NCBI GenBank assembly: GCA_041673665.1
Contig: JBAYXF010000002.1
Coordinates: forward strand, 1 to 49,629
Source: Alphaproteobacteria bacterium
GTDB lineage: Bacteria > Pseudomonadota > Alphaproteobacteria > Rs-D84
DNA: 49,629 bases
Direction: 5' to 3'
The translations under genes and the position numbers were made by a program. The notes beneath the pieces are model-generated. The model saw only the letters and a program-made list of their open reading frames with translations, ran no database searches and was not told the origin of the DNA. Each line of letters begins with the position of its first letter. Position 1 is the first letter of the stretch. Of the stretch, positions 17,010 through 25,931 are shown one piece after another.

Positions 17010-17738
17010 TTAAATCGCACGAACAACCCGACAAAAAGTTATTCCAATTACCTTGTCTGCCCCCGCTTTCTTTAATGCGCGGTGTAATTCTGCAAATGTA
17101 GCGCCAGTTGTCATAACATCATCAACCAACAAAATTGTTTTACCTGTAATATTCTCTGGATGCATCACAGCAAAGACTCCGCGAATATTATCCGCTCTTT
17201 GTTTAGCATTCTTATGTCCCATGTCCGAGCGATGTTTACGATGAATAGAATCAATATCCAGTCTGGTATTTAAATATTTCGCGATTGGTCGCGCTAACAA
17301 AGTTGCTTGATTATACCCGCGTTTAAACAAACGGCGATTTGAAAGTGGCACCGGCATCACAATATCAACTTTTTCATTCATTTCTCTCAACGCCATAATC
17401 ATTGCTCGACTCATAATTCTTTGATAATGAATTTGCCCTGCGTGCTTAAATGACAACATTATATCCCGTGAAAATTCATCGTAAACACATGCGCTGCGCA
17501 TCCAATCCAGCTCGTTTTCACCAGCTGCACACACGGGACACATCGGACGTGCCCCCAGATCTAAATTAGCAGGAAACGGATATCCGCAAATATGACATTT
17601 TGGATCAGAAATCCAATTAAATTTACCCCAACAATCATGGCACAAGGTTCCATGTTCGGATACCGGATTTTTACAAATTGAACATGCTGGGGGAAAGAAA
17701 AAATCAAGAATATTAAATAATACTTTCTTAATCATCAT
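17010..17738 (-). CDS. comF: ComF-family phosphoribosyltransferase-like protein
   Basis: N-terminal double CxxC zinc-finger region (CSICKN..CHDCW..CHICG..CPVC) and a C-terminal PRTase motif ILLVDDVMTTGAT. Confidence 0.85.
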   Translation of the reverse strand: MMIKKVLFNILDFFFPPACSICKNPVSEHGTLCHDCWGKFNWISDPKCHICGYPFPANLDLGARPMCPVCAAGENELDWMRSACVYDEFSRDIMLSFKHAGQIHYQRIMSRAMIMALREMNEKVDIVMPVPLSNRRLFKRGYNQATLLARPIAKYLNTRLDIDSIHRKHRSDMGHKNAKQRADNIRGVFAVMHPENITGKTILLVDDVMTTGATFAELHRALKKAGADKVIGITFCRVVRAI

Positions 17739-18495
17739 CCGCACCGCTGGTGGCATTAAACCATTGTCTGCCAACGATTACAAAATATTTTCCATCTTCA
17801 ATTTCCATGCGTGGCTGGACAGATTTTTTAACATCGGTTATCCAATATATTCCACCAGTTTTCGTATCTATCGCATACAAGCGCGAATCTGTTCCAACAA
17901 CAAAAGCAATATCGCCCGCAATTAAAAAAGGCGTCGCAACAGATATATCATTGCACCATTTTTTATCGCCATTTGAAATATTTACCTGACAAAAAGCGCG
18001 TCCCATACCACCTGCGAATAATCTGTCTTCGTCAATTATAAGTGGGGCAACCACATCCAGAACAGAACCAACACTTAACATATCCATGTCTTTATAAATA
18101 TCAGCTATCCATTCTATATTTTTCGTTTTTGGATTAAGTTTTATTACTTCCCCTGTTGTCAGCCCAATATAAATAAAATTTTTATACAACACTGGGATTC
18201 TGGGTGCGTCTATTTTTGTTTCGGTTGGAAATCCCGCAAATATTTTTCTTTTTTCGCCGTCAGCAGACAATTCAAAAACTTCATTATTAAGGTTTTGCTC
18301 ATATTTTGTTTGTTGTTCTGGGGTCTTTATACGATCAAAGCTGCTTACCACTACATCTGTTGGAATATTCCCCAACAAAGCCGGTTCTGATGTACCAAAC
18401 ACAGGGGTTCTAATCCCTGGCAAAATTGGATCTGGTTTAGAACACGCCCCCAAAAATAACACTAATAAAAATAATACCAGATGTGTTTTTTTCAT
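17728..18495 (-). CDS. BamB-like outer-membrane lipoprotein (short, PQQ-type beta-propeller repeats)
   Basis: Lipobox LFLGAC, repeated ...G.l.a.d..tG...W blade motifs (LYAIDTKTGGIYW), and synteny with the yfgM-like gene upstream. Confidence 0.6.
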   Translation of the reverse strand: MKKTHLVLFLLVLFLGACSKPDPILPGIRTPVFGTSEPALLGNIPTDVVVSSFDRIKTPEQQTKYEQNLNNEVFELSADGEKRKIFAGFPTETKIDAPRIPVLYKNFIYIGLTTGEVIKLNPKTKNIEWIADIYKDMDMLSVGSVLDVVAPLIIDEDRLFAGGMGRAFCQVNISNGDKKWCNDISVATPFLIAGDIAFVVGTDSRLYAIDTKTGGIYWITDVKKSVQPRMEIEDGKYFVIVGRQWFNATSGADDD

Positions 18496-19178
18496 TATTT
18501 TAAGCTTTCCGCCATTGCCATAATTATGGCTGGTGCATGTTTGTCGTTAATTAATTTATTCAACCATTTATCTGCAATGTCTTTATCCCCCACAGATATA
18601 TATTTTTGTGCGATCAACAGCATCCCAGTATAATAAAAAGGCGATTTTTCAGTTAAAACCGGTGATAAAAACTTTTCAAATTCTTCTGATGACATCGAAT
18701 CTCCGCGAATCGCCGAAAGTCTAATTAACGCCAAATCACGAAAATCACGAGTTGAGCCCTCTTTTGCCAATTTTTCCAGTTTTATAATCCCCTTGCCGGC
18801 ACGCAAGTCCATCATTGCAGATTCCCACAATGCCAAATCCCCCATTCCACCCGAAGATTTTGCAGCGGCACGTGCAAATTCCGCATCTGCATCGTCAATA
18901 TTTCCATTTGCACTCATTGCAATGGCAGATTCAAAGATTTTTGCCTGGGCATTTGCAGAGCTGATGCGATAATTACGATATAATTGAAAGGCAACAACCA
19001 AAATCACGACCATTATTATTCCGGCAATCAATGAACGCGTATGCTTTTTTACAAAGCTGTATACTTTCTCTGCATACACTTCTTCGGTTATTTCACGATA
19101 CAACGCGTCTTCGGCGTGATCTTCCATAGTTTTCTTGGTTGGTTTAGTATTTTTATTATGCGATAACATATTCGCCAT
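18495..19178 (-). CDS. YfgM-like membrane-anchored TPR-like protein
   Basis: Acidic N-terminus, a single TM (LIAGIIMVVILVVAF) and a helical-repeat periplasmic domain. It lies immediately upstream of the bamB-like gene, as in the yfgM-bamB arrangement. Confidence 0.55.
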   Translation of the reverse strand: MANMLSHNKNTKPTKKTMEDHAEDALYREITEEVYAEKVYSFVKKHTRSLIAGIIMVVILVVAFQLYRNYRISSANAQAKIFESAIAMSANGNIDDADAEFARAAAKSSGGMGDLALWESAMMDLRAGKGIIKLEKLAKEGSTRDFRDLALIRLSAIRGDSMSSEEFEKFLSPVLTEKSPFYYTGMLLIAQKYISVGDKDIADKWLNKLINDKHAPAIIMAMAESLK

Positions 19179-19233
19179 TATTTATTCCTTTTGGTTTTAT
19201 AAAATCATAGTAATTTTATCCCCCGGTCGCAAG

Positions 19234-19262
19234 TTGATTTTTAAGGACATCTGCCCTATAAT
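19234..19262 (+). promoter_or_regulatory. sigma70-type promoter of rpoH (TTGATT-17-TATAAT), 6 nt from the ATG
   Basis: -35 at 19234..19239 and -10 at 19257..19262. The ATG is at 19269 and no SD is present. Confidence 0.5.
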
Positions 19263-19268
19263 AGATTC

Positions 19269-20156
19269 ATGCCAGAAGTACTGCCAACTATTAAAAGTTC
19301 GACCCTGCCCGCCATTTCAGATGGCTATTCTTTGGCGCGCTATATCGATTATATTAAAAAATATCCCATCTTAACAGCAAGCGAAGAATATGAGTATGCA
19401 ACCGCATGGTCATCCCAGCATGATTCTGATGCAGCCGAAAAATTAATTACTTCACATTTGCGTATGGTGGTGGCTGTTGCTTATGAATTTAAAAATTATG
19501 GTCTGCCTGTATCCGATTTAATCGCATCTGGAAACCTAGGATTGATGCAGGCCCTGCAAAAATTTGACCCCGAAAAAGGGTTTCGCTTTTCAACCTATGC
19601 CATGTTTTGGGTCAAAGCAGAAATGTACGATTTAATCCTTTCTAATTGGTCAATGGTAAAAATTGGAACCTCGGCAAATCAAAAACGTGTTTTCTTTAAT
19701 CTGTCCCGCGCTAAACGTGCACTTGGGATAATGAATGGAAATATATCCCCAGACGAAGTAAAACAAATTGCTGAATATTTAGACGTTAATGAAAAAGATG
19801 TTTCTCGTATGGCACAAAGAATGGGCGCACGCGATGTATCGCTGAATGCGCCAGCGCACAAAGATTCAGATTCTACAGACCTTCTTTCTAATCTAGAAGA
19901 TAAAACAGAATCTATCGAAGATCGACTGGAAGTATTTCAAGCAAGAAAGTCCGGGATGGCCCTTTTGAAAAAACATTTAGCTGATTTACCAGAACGCGAT
20001 AAAGCAATTTTAATTGCGCGCAAAATGTCCGATCCGGTTAAAACACTAGAACAACTGGCTGGCGAATATGGAATCTCGCGCGAGCGCGTACGTCAAATAG
20101 AAGAACGCGCGTTTGCAAAATTACAAAAAGCTGTCTTGGCGGAAACAAAAAAATGA
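19269..20156 (+). CDS. rpoH: RNA polymerase sigma-32 factor
   Basis: Regions 2-4 of sigma70 family (HLRMVV..A..F..YGLP..DLI..GN.GLM.A...FDP) and an RpoH-box-like QKRVFFNLSRAKR. Confidence 0.92.
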   Translation: MPEVLPTIKSSTLPAISDGYSLARYIDYIKKYPILTASEEYEYATAWSSQHDSDAAEKLITSHLRMVVAVAYEFKNYGLPVSDLIASGNLGLMQALQKFDPEKGFRFSTYAMFWVKAEMYDLILSNWSMVKIGTSANQKRVFFNLSRAKRALGIMNGNISPDEVKQIAEYLDVNEKDVSRMAQRMGARDVSLNAPAHKDSDSTDLLSNLEDKTESIEDRLEVFQARKSGMALLKKHLADLPERDKAILIARKMSDPVKTLEQLAGEYGISRERVRQIEERAFAKLQKAVLAETKK

Positions 20157-21160
20157 AAAAACTAGTTTTACCTTTAATTTTCTGCGTCTTACCAATTGCT
20201 GCTGACGCGTTAGAGCATAATTATGATAATTGGATTTTTAAATTATCTGGATACGGCACCGCTGGTTATGTAATTTCTGATGACAGGTCTGATCTTGCAA
20301 ATGATTGGCAAGTTCGTGGACAAATGACATATCGTAAATCCAAAGATTTATTATTTGGTGTGGCCATTTCACACAATGCATGGGGCACAGACCAAGACAA
20401 ACCATTTATGGATGCTTTTGTTTATACCGAATCCCCATGGGGGCGTATGGAACTTGGGGGGACAGATACCATCGCAGCGAAACTGGGACTGGGGCTGCCA
20501 GACGTTGGGGGCTTGCGCATAAATAACGATTCAATTATTTATGATTTTGCAGATCCATCACCAATGCTTTCACGCGGAACAATATCTGGGGCACAATTCG
20601 CCTTTCGCGCAAATGCAGTCAGTGCACCCGGACCAATCCAGGCGGGATTTTCATTTGCACCAAAACAACATCATTTTAACAGCGCTTCGGATTTCGGTTT
20701 AAAATATAAAAAATCCGGCGGAAAAACAAAACTAGCATTATCTTTGGGGGCGTCTTTCATAGATAAACCAGAAAATTTTACGGGCGATATTTATGCCGCA
20801 CGTGCTAATGCTGATTGGCGTGGCCAAGTTTCAGCCGGATTAAACCTGCAATATAACAGCTGGATTTGGGGATTAAACGCTAAAACTACTTATGACAAGA
20901 ATCCAATTGGTTCGATATCTGATGGTATTTCTGTCGGCACCGGAATCAGTTATGACTTTTTAAAATGGTCCGTTTCGTCATCTTATATGTTGTCCCAAAT
21001 CGGCATATTTCATGACAACGAAGATTATTTTGCACATACTGGAATAATATCACTTCGTTATAAAATTAATTCATTTTGGAATATTTGGACCAGTGGCGGA
21101 GTCGTCTCGTCGGACAAAACCTCGCCATTTATTTCAGCGGGTGTAATGATAAAATTTTAA
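20153..21160 (+). CDS. outer-membrane beta-barrel porin-like protein
   Basis: Signal peptide MKKLVLPLIFCVLPIAADA, alternating amphipathic beta-strand pattern, and a C-terminal ...GVMIKF (terminal Phe). The ATG overlaps the rpoH TGA (ATGA). Confidence 0.6.
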   Translation: MKKLVLPLIFCVLPIAADALEHNYDNWIFKLSGYGTAGYVISDDRSDLANDWQVRGQMTYRKSKDLLFGVAISHNAWGTDQDKPFMDAFVYTESPWGRMELGGTDTIAAKLGLGLPDVGGLRINNDSIIYDFADPSPMLSRGTISGAQFAFRANAVSAPGPIQAGFSFAPKQHHFNSASDFGLKYKKSGGKTKLALSLGASFIDKPENFTGDIYAARANADWRGQVSAGLNLQYNSWIWGLNAKTTYDKNPIGSISDGISVGTGISYDFLKWSVSSSYMLSQIGIFHDNEDYFAHTGIISLRYKINSFWNIWTSGGVVSSDKTSPFISAGVMIKF

Positions 21161-21168
21161 ATAAAAAA

Positions 21169-21189
21169 CCCGCAATGCGGGATTTTTTT
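21169..21189. terminator. bidirectional terminator (porin / yip1-like)
   Basis: AAAAAA CCCGC AAT GCGGG ATTTTTTT. Confidence 0.65.
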
Positions 21190-21784
21190 ATACCAAACAC
21201 TTTAACGCCGCACCAGTATTTTTCAACATAAACCAGCCCAAACGATAATCCGTTGCGTAAATTGTTATCGCAAAGATTGCAAATGCCCCGATAACCAGCA
21301 TAACTTTTATCTTATTACCCTTCATACAATATACACCAATGTTATAAAGCAGGAACAAGATATAGCTATCTACTAAGATACTTACTATCCATAAACTGGT
21401 ACAATTCCATGCCAAAAGATTTAAAATCAAAATAATTGGATAAATAAAGAATACCGAAGCCAATCCTTTGACCGCAATTTCCCAATCACGTTCCCCGCTG
21501 GTTATTTCAGATACCATCATCATCATACCAGCAAGTAAGAATAACAAAGCAACTGCCAATACTGGAACAACTATCAATTTAGAAAATACAGCAGAAAATG
21601 TAATTGTTGCGCCACCAATCAATTGCAATGCCAAAACAGCAATTCCACCCAACAAACCATACATAAATGCCTTTAACATTGATTCTTCTAAATTACCATC
21701 CGCGACAATTTTAGAAAAGAATTGACGTGGTTGGGTTAAAATATGAATTATGTGTTGTGACCATTTTTTTAATTTTGATATCAT
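21188..21784 (-). CDS. Yip1-domain-like integral membrane protein
   Basis: 5 TM helices after a short N-terminal segment (...ILTQPRQFFSKI...). I prefer the ATG at 21784, because the longer start at 21841 would leave only 11 nt before the divergent der. Confidence 0.5.
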   Translation of the reverse strand: MISKLKKWSQHIIHILTQPRQFFSKIVADGNLEESMLKAFMYGLLGGIAVLALQLIGGATITFSAVFSKLIVVPVLAVALLFLLAGMMMMVSEITSGERDWEIAVKGLASVFFIYPIILILNLLAWNCTSLWIVSILVDSYILFLLYNIGVYCMKGNKIKVMLVIGAFAIFAITIYATDYRLGWFMLKNTGAALKCLV

Positions 21785-21852
21785 TTTTTTGCCTTTTCTT
21801 CTTCTTATGTCTATAATAAAGCCAACAAACAAAGATTTCAACAGGAAAAATT

Positions 21853-23190
21853 ATGATAAAAGTTACTATTGCTGGTCGCCCAAATACTGGCAAATCTACA
21901 TTGTTTAATGCTCTGACGCATTCACGCAACGCGCTGGTTCACGATCGCCCCGGCGTTACTCGTGACGTTTTAACCGGCAATGCTAAACTGGGGGATTTGG
22001 AATTTGAGCTGATGGATACCGCTGGGCTAGAGACAAAAGGAACCGAACTAGAAAAGCAATCTACTGAATTCGCATTGAATGCCATCAAATTGGCTGATGT
22101 TATTTTATTCGTGGTTGACGGTCGTGTCGGCGTTACATCCGAAGATTTACAATGGGCAAAACAGGTCAGAAAAACAAATAATAAAGGCAATGTATTACTG
22201 TTGGCAAACAAAACCGAATCTGCAAAACGAATCGCGGATTTACATGATTTTTACAAACTGGGCTTCGGTCAACCATTTCCAATCAGCGCTGAACATAAAA
22301 CGGGAATGGATAAAATTTATGACTTTATAAAAGAATCTGCAACCCAAGACACGAACAAAATTGAAAAAGAACCACAATCAAATGTCCGCATAACAATTAT
22401 GGGACAACCAAATGTTGGAAAATCTACTTTTGTTAATCAAATATTGGGCGAAAAGCGCGTAATTGTCCGTGATGAACCCGGCGTTACCCGCGATACTATC
22501 GAAATCAAAGCAAAATATTTAAATCGCGATATAATTATTAATGATACCGCGGGACTTCGTCGTAAATCAAACATAACCGACGGATTAGAAACTTTGTCCG
22601 CATTAAAATCTTTGGATGCACTGGGAAAAACCGATGCGGTAGTTTTGGTTATTGATGCAACTGGTGATATTGAAAAGCAAGCACTGGGAATCGCTACACG
22701 TATTTATGACGCAGGAAAAATATTGGCAATCGCATTGAACAAATGGGATCTGGTTGATGAAATAGAACGAGATGATAAATTATTAAAATTAAAACACCAA
22801 TTTAAAAAATCGTTTCACCAGATAACCCGCCCAATGATTTTACCAATCTCTGCCGAAAATGGTATGGGGGTAAAAAACCTGATGCGTCGAATTTTTGGTT
22901 TATACGATAAAGCATTGGATAGAAAACCTACTTCTTTATTAAATCGCACCATTGAAAAATTAATAGAAGCCCGTCAACCACCACTTTCGCGCCTGAAACG
23001 CCCAATGAAGATTAAATTTGTCAGTCAGATTTCAACAAATCCAATAAAAATCGCAATTCACGTTGGAGGCGCATCTGATATGCCAGAAAGTTATACCAGA
23101 TATCTACGCAAGGGCCTTGCCAAGGCAATGGATTGGGAACAATTACCGATCTTTATAGAATACAAGAAATCAGAAAACCCATTTGATTAA
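21853..23190 (+). CDS. der: ribosome-associated GTPase Der/EngA
   Basis: Two tandem G domains (GRPNTGKSTLFN; GQPNVGKSTFVN; DTAGL x2; NKxD x2) plus a KH-like C-terminus. Confidence 0.95.
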   Translation: MIKVTIAGRPNTGKSTLFNALTHSRNALVHDRPGVTRDVLTGNAKLGDLEFELMDTAGLETKGTELEKQSTEFALNAIKLADVILFVVDGRVGVTSEDLQWAKQVRKTNNKGNVLLLANKTESAKRIADLHDFYKLGFGQPFPISAEHKTGMDKIYDFIKESATQDTNKIEKEPQSNVRITIMGQPNVGKSTFVNQILGEKRVIVRDEPGVTRDTIEIKAKYLNRDIIINDTAGLRRKSNITDGLETLSALKSLDALGKTDAVVLVIDATGDIEKQALGIATRIYDAGKILAIALNKWDLVDEIERDDKLLKLKHQFKKSFHQITRPMILPISAENGMGVKNLMRRIFGLYDKALDRKPTSLLNRTIEKLIEARQPPLSRLKRPMKIKFVSQISTNPIKIAIHVGGASDMPESYTRYLRKGLAKAMDWEQLPIFIEYKKSENPFD

Positions 23191-23711
23191 TTTTTTCTTT
23201 GGCTAAATTCACAACCACAATATTTTTGTCTGTAAAAATCTGATTCACAATTTATTTTTTGTCGAAGTGTTTCGTCCCAATTAAATGGAACATATTCCAG
23301 TCCAAACCCATGTGCAGCTGCATCTACCTGGCTTTGGTCTTTGTGTTTTGACACACCAAAAACAGATGTTATTTTATTATATCTATTGTCCGCAGCCCAG
23401 GTGGCGCCCCATGCAAAGCGCATTTTGAAACATTCACTGCAACGTTTTCCGCGCTCGGGTTCAGATTCCAGTCCGCAAACAAGTTTTAACCATTCATCAT
23501 GGTTATAATCGCCAACATGATACTTTACGCCCAAACTTTCACAATACTTTATCTGTTCGTCCAGACGTTTTTGATATTCTGTCATTGGAAATATATTTGG
23601 ATTATAAAACAAAACGATAAAATCGGCACCCTGCTCTTTTAACTGTGTAATTGCCCCACACGCGCACGGCGCACAGCAAGACATTAAAACAATTTTATCT
23701 TTTTGATTCAT
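23187..23711 (-). CDS. queH: epoxyqueuosine reductase QueH (DUF208)
   Basis: LMSCCAPCA...FYNPNI.P..EY..R....CxxC... pattern and a C-terminal YRQKYCGC. Confidence 0.8.
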   Translation of the reverse strand: MNQKDKIVLMSCCAPCACGAITQLKEQGADFIVLFYNPNIFPMTEYQKRLDEQIKYCESLGVKYHVGDYNHDEWLKLVCGLESEPERGKRCSECFKMRFAWGATWAADNRYNKITSVFGVSKHKDQSQVDAAAHGFGLEYVPFNWDETLRQKINCESDFYRQKYCGCEFSQRKN

Positions 23712-25714
23712 TATTTTATTTTAAATTCTGCACCGATCTCTGAATCATCTGGTAATTCAATTATACCATCGTGATTATCGCCCGCCCCCAATTCATCTGC
23801 GGCGCACATCATGCCATTTGATAATATCCCACGCATTTTTCGTGCGGTCAGTGGCGCATCAAACGCCGGTAATTTTGCCCCAACCATCGCCAAAACAGAA
23901 ACCATTCCCGCGGCTGCATTTGGCGCACCACAAACGATTTGTAATGGCTTGCCCTGCCCCGCATCCACAGTCAATACTTGTAAATGATCACTGTCTGGAT
24001 GAGACGTCGCAGTTAAAATCTTTGCAACAACAATTTTTGGTGGTTGTTTAACATATTTTTCGGTCATGGCTTTAATCTTATCGTCATCTATACGTGAAAA
24101 AATGTTTTCTGGAACAACAAATTCCGCGTTATTTGAAATTCTGTGTTCATATTTTTCAGGCCATGATAAGTCCAACTTTGGTTTAAATATATTTTGCATT
24201 TTTTCCGCAGCATTTGGAATAAACGGCGCCGAAACACGCGCATAAAAATCAATTAATTGAAAACATTCATTTAATACCGCACCAGCCGCATCTGAATCTG
24301 TTTTAACCAGATTCCATGGCTCGGTCTTTGTAAAAAATTCATTACCAGCGGCCCACAATGAACGCAAAGCCTCCACAGCTTTCCGAAATTCACATGTTTC
24401 CAGCGCAACTTTTAAATTATTTAATTTATCATTTAATATCTTTTCTAAATCTTTATCAAACTTATCTGATTTTTTTGGAACATTCAGACCAAAATTCTTT
24501 TCAGATATTTTACAAACACGACTTACAAAATTCCCAAGCATCCCGTTCAAATCTTTATTTACAATATCGGCAAAGCGTTGAATTGTAAAATCAGTATCGT
24601 CTGTTTCAGGCGCAGATGCCAATAACGCATACCGCCAACAATCCGCCGGCGCATCAGCTATGGCTTGGTCCAAAAAGATTCCATGGTTTGCGGATTTGGA
24701 AATCTTATCCCCTTCGAAATTTAAGAAACAAAATCCTTTTAATACATCAACTTTTTTCCAATTACCCTCCGCCCAGGCAAATTCCTGGCCTGGGAAAAAT
24801 AGAGAATGAAATTTTATATTATCTTTGCCCATAAACTGCACATAATGACAATCTTCCCCGCCATGCCACCAGTCCGCCCATTTTTTGTTCGCATTTTGCG
24901 ATATAGAAATATATCCCCACGGCGCATCAAACCATACATAAAACACCTTGTCTTCGTATCCTGTTTTATTCACTGGGATTCCCCATGGTAAATCGCGCGT
25001 AATTGAGGGATTTGGAACATCTTCTGACAAATATTTTTTCGTCGCACCAATAGCATATTTTGACCAACCGTTTTTTTCAGCAGTTTTATTAAACCAATTT
25101 TCAACATCCGCCTTTACCAAGTCCGCACGATAAAACAAATTCTTTGTTTCGCGCATTTCTATGTTATGGCTGCCGCTTTCTGCTACATATGGGTTTATTA
25201 AATCTGCAGGATCCAACAATTCGCCACATTTATCACATTGATCGCCACGGGCTTTCTCATGTCCGCATTTTGGACAGGTCCCTTCTATCTGTCTGTCCGC
25301 TAAAAACATTTTATCATCAACTGAATAAGGCTGAATCGTTGTTTTTTCTTCTACAAAACCGTTTTTTTCCAAAGAATCAAATAAATCATGAACTAATTTT
25401 GTTTGCTGAGCCGTATGAGTTGTTCCATACCCACCATCAAAGGACACATTAAAGTCATTAAAGATTTTGGCATGTAATGAATGATATTTTTTTACTAAAT
25501 CCTCGACGGGCATGCTTTCTTTTTTTGCGCTGATGATTATCGGACTGCCGTGTGCATCAGCACCACATACAAACAAAACATTTTCCGCGCCATAATGGGC
25601 ACGAGCAAATCTGGCATAAACATCTGCCGGCAAAACACTGCCTATAAAGTTGCCAATATGTGGTACAGCATTTACATAAGGTAATGCACTGGTGATCAGA
25701 TATTTCTTACTCAT
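23711..25714 (-). CDS. metG: methionyl-tRNA synthetase with C-terminal tRNA-binding domain
   Basis: ITSALPYVNAVPHIGN (HIGH), a zinc knuckle CPKCGHEKARGDQCDKCG, KISKS, and a C-terminal EMAP/Trbp111-like domain (...QIVCGAPN...). The ATG is at 25714. Confidence 0.95.
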   Translation of the reverse strand: MSKKYLITSALPYVNAVPHIGNFIGSVLPADVYARFARAHYGAENVLFVCGADAHGSPIIISAKKESMPVEDLVKKYHSLHAKIFNDFNVSFDGGYGTTHTAQQTKLVHDLFDSLEKNGFVEEKTTIQPYSVDDKMFLADRQIEGTCPKCGHEKARGDQCDKCGELLDPADLINPYVAESGSHNIEMRETKNLFYRADLVKADVENWFNKTAEKNGWSKYAIGATKKYLSEDVPNPSITRDLPWGIPVNKTGYEDKVFYVWFDAPWGYISISQNANKKWADWWHGGEDCHYVQFMGKDNIKFHSLFFPGQEFAWAEGNWKKVDVLKGFCFLNFEGDKISKSANHGIFLDQAIADAPADCWRYALLASAPETDDTDFTIQRFADIVNKDLNGMLGNFVSRVCKISEKNFGLNVPKKSDKFDKDLEKILNDKLNNLKVALETCEFRKAVEALRSLWAAGNEFFTKTEPWNLVKTDSDAAGAVLNECFQLIDFYARVSAPFIPNAAEKMQNIFKPKLDLSWPEKYEHRISNNAEFVVPENIFSRIDDDKIKAMTEKYVKQPPKIVVAKILTATSHPDSDHLQVLTVDAGQGKPLQIVCGAPNAAAGMVSVLAMVGAKLPAFDAPLTARKMRGILSNGMMCAADELGAGDNHDGIIELPDDSEIGAEFKIK

Positions 25715-25815
25715 ATTTTTCTCGCTTTTTATAAAAATAGACGCCAACGGGGCGCCTAAAATTCCCGTTAATGCTTAATAAAATTATATTTTCATTCGTT
25801 TCATTTTACAAATTC

Positions 25816-25892
25816 TGGTGGACGCGAGAAGACTCGAACTTCCGACCCCCTCCATGTCAAGGAGATACTCTAACCAACTGAGCTACGCGTCC
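25816..25892 (-). tRNA. tRNA-Val (anticodon GAC)
   Basis: The minus strand reads GGACGCGTAGCTCAGTTGGTTAGAGTATCTCCTTGACATGGAGGGGGTCGGAAGTTCGAGTCTTCTCGCGTCCACCA, with anticodon loop TTGACAT. Confidence 0.9.
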
Positions 25893-25931
25893 AGCGGAAA
25901 AGATTATAACAGACAGATAAATAATTGCAAA

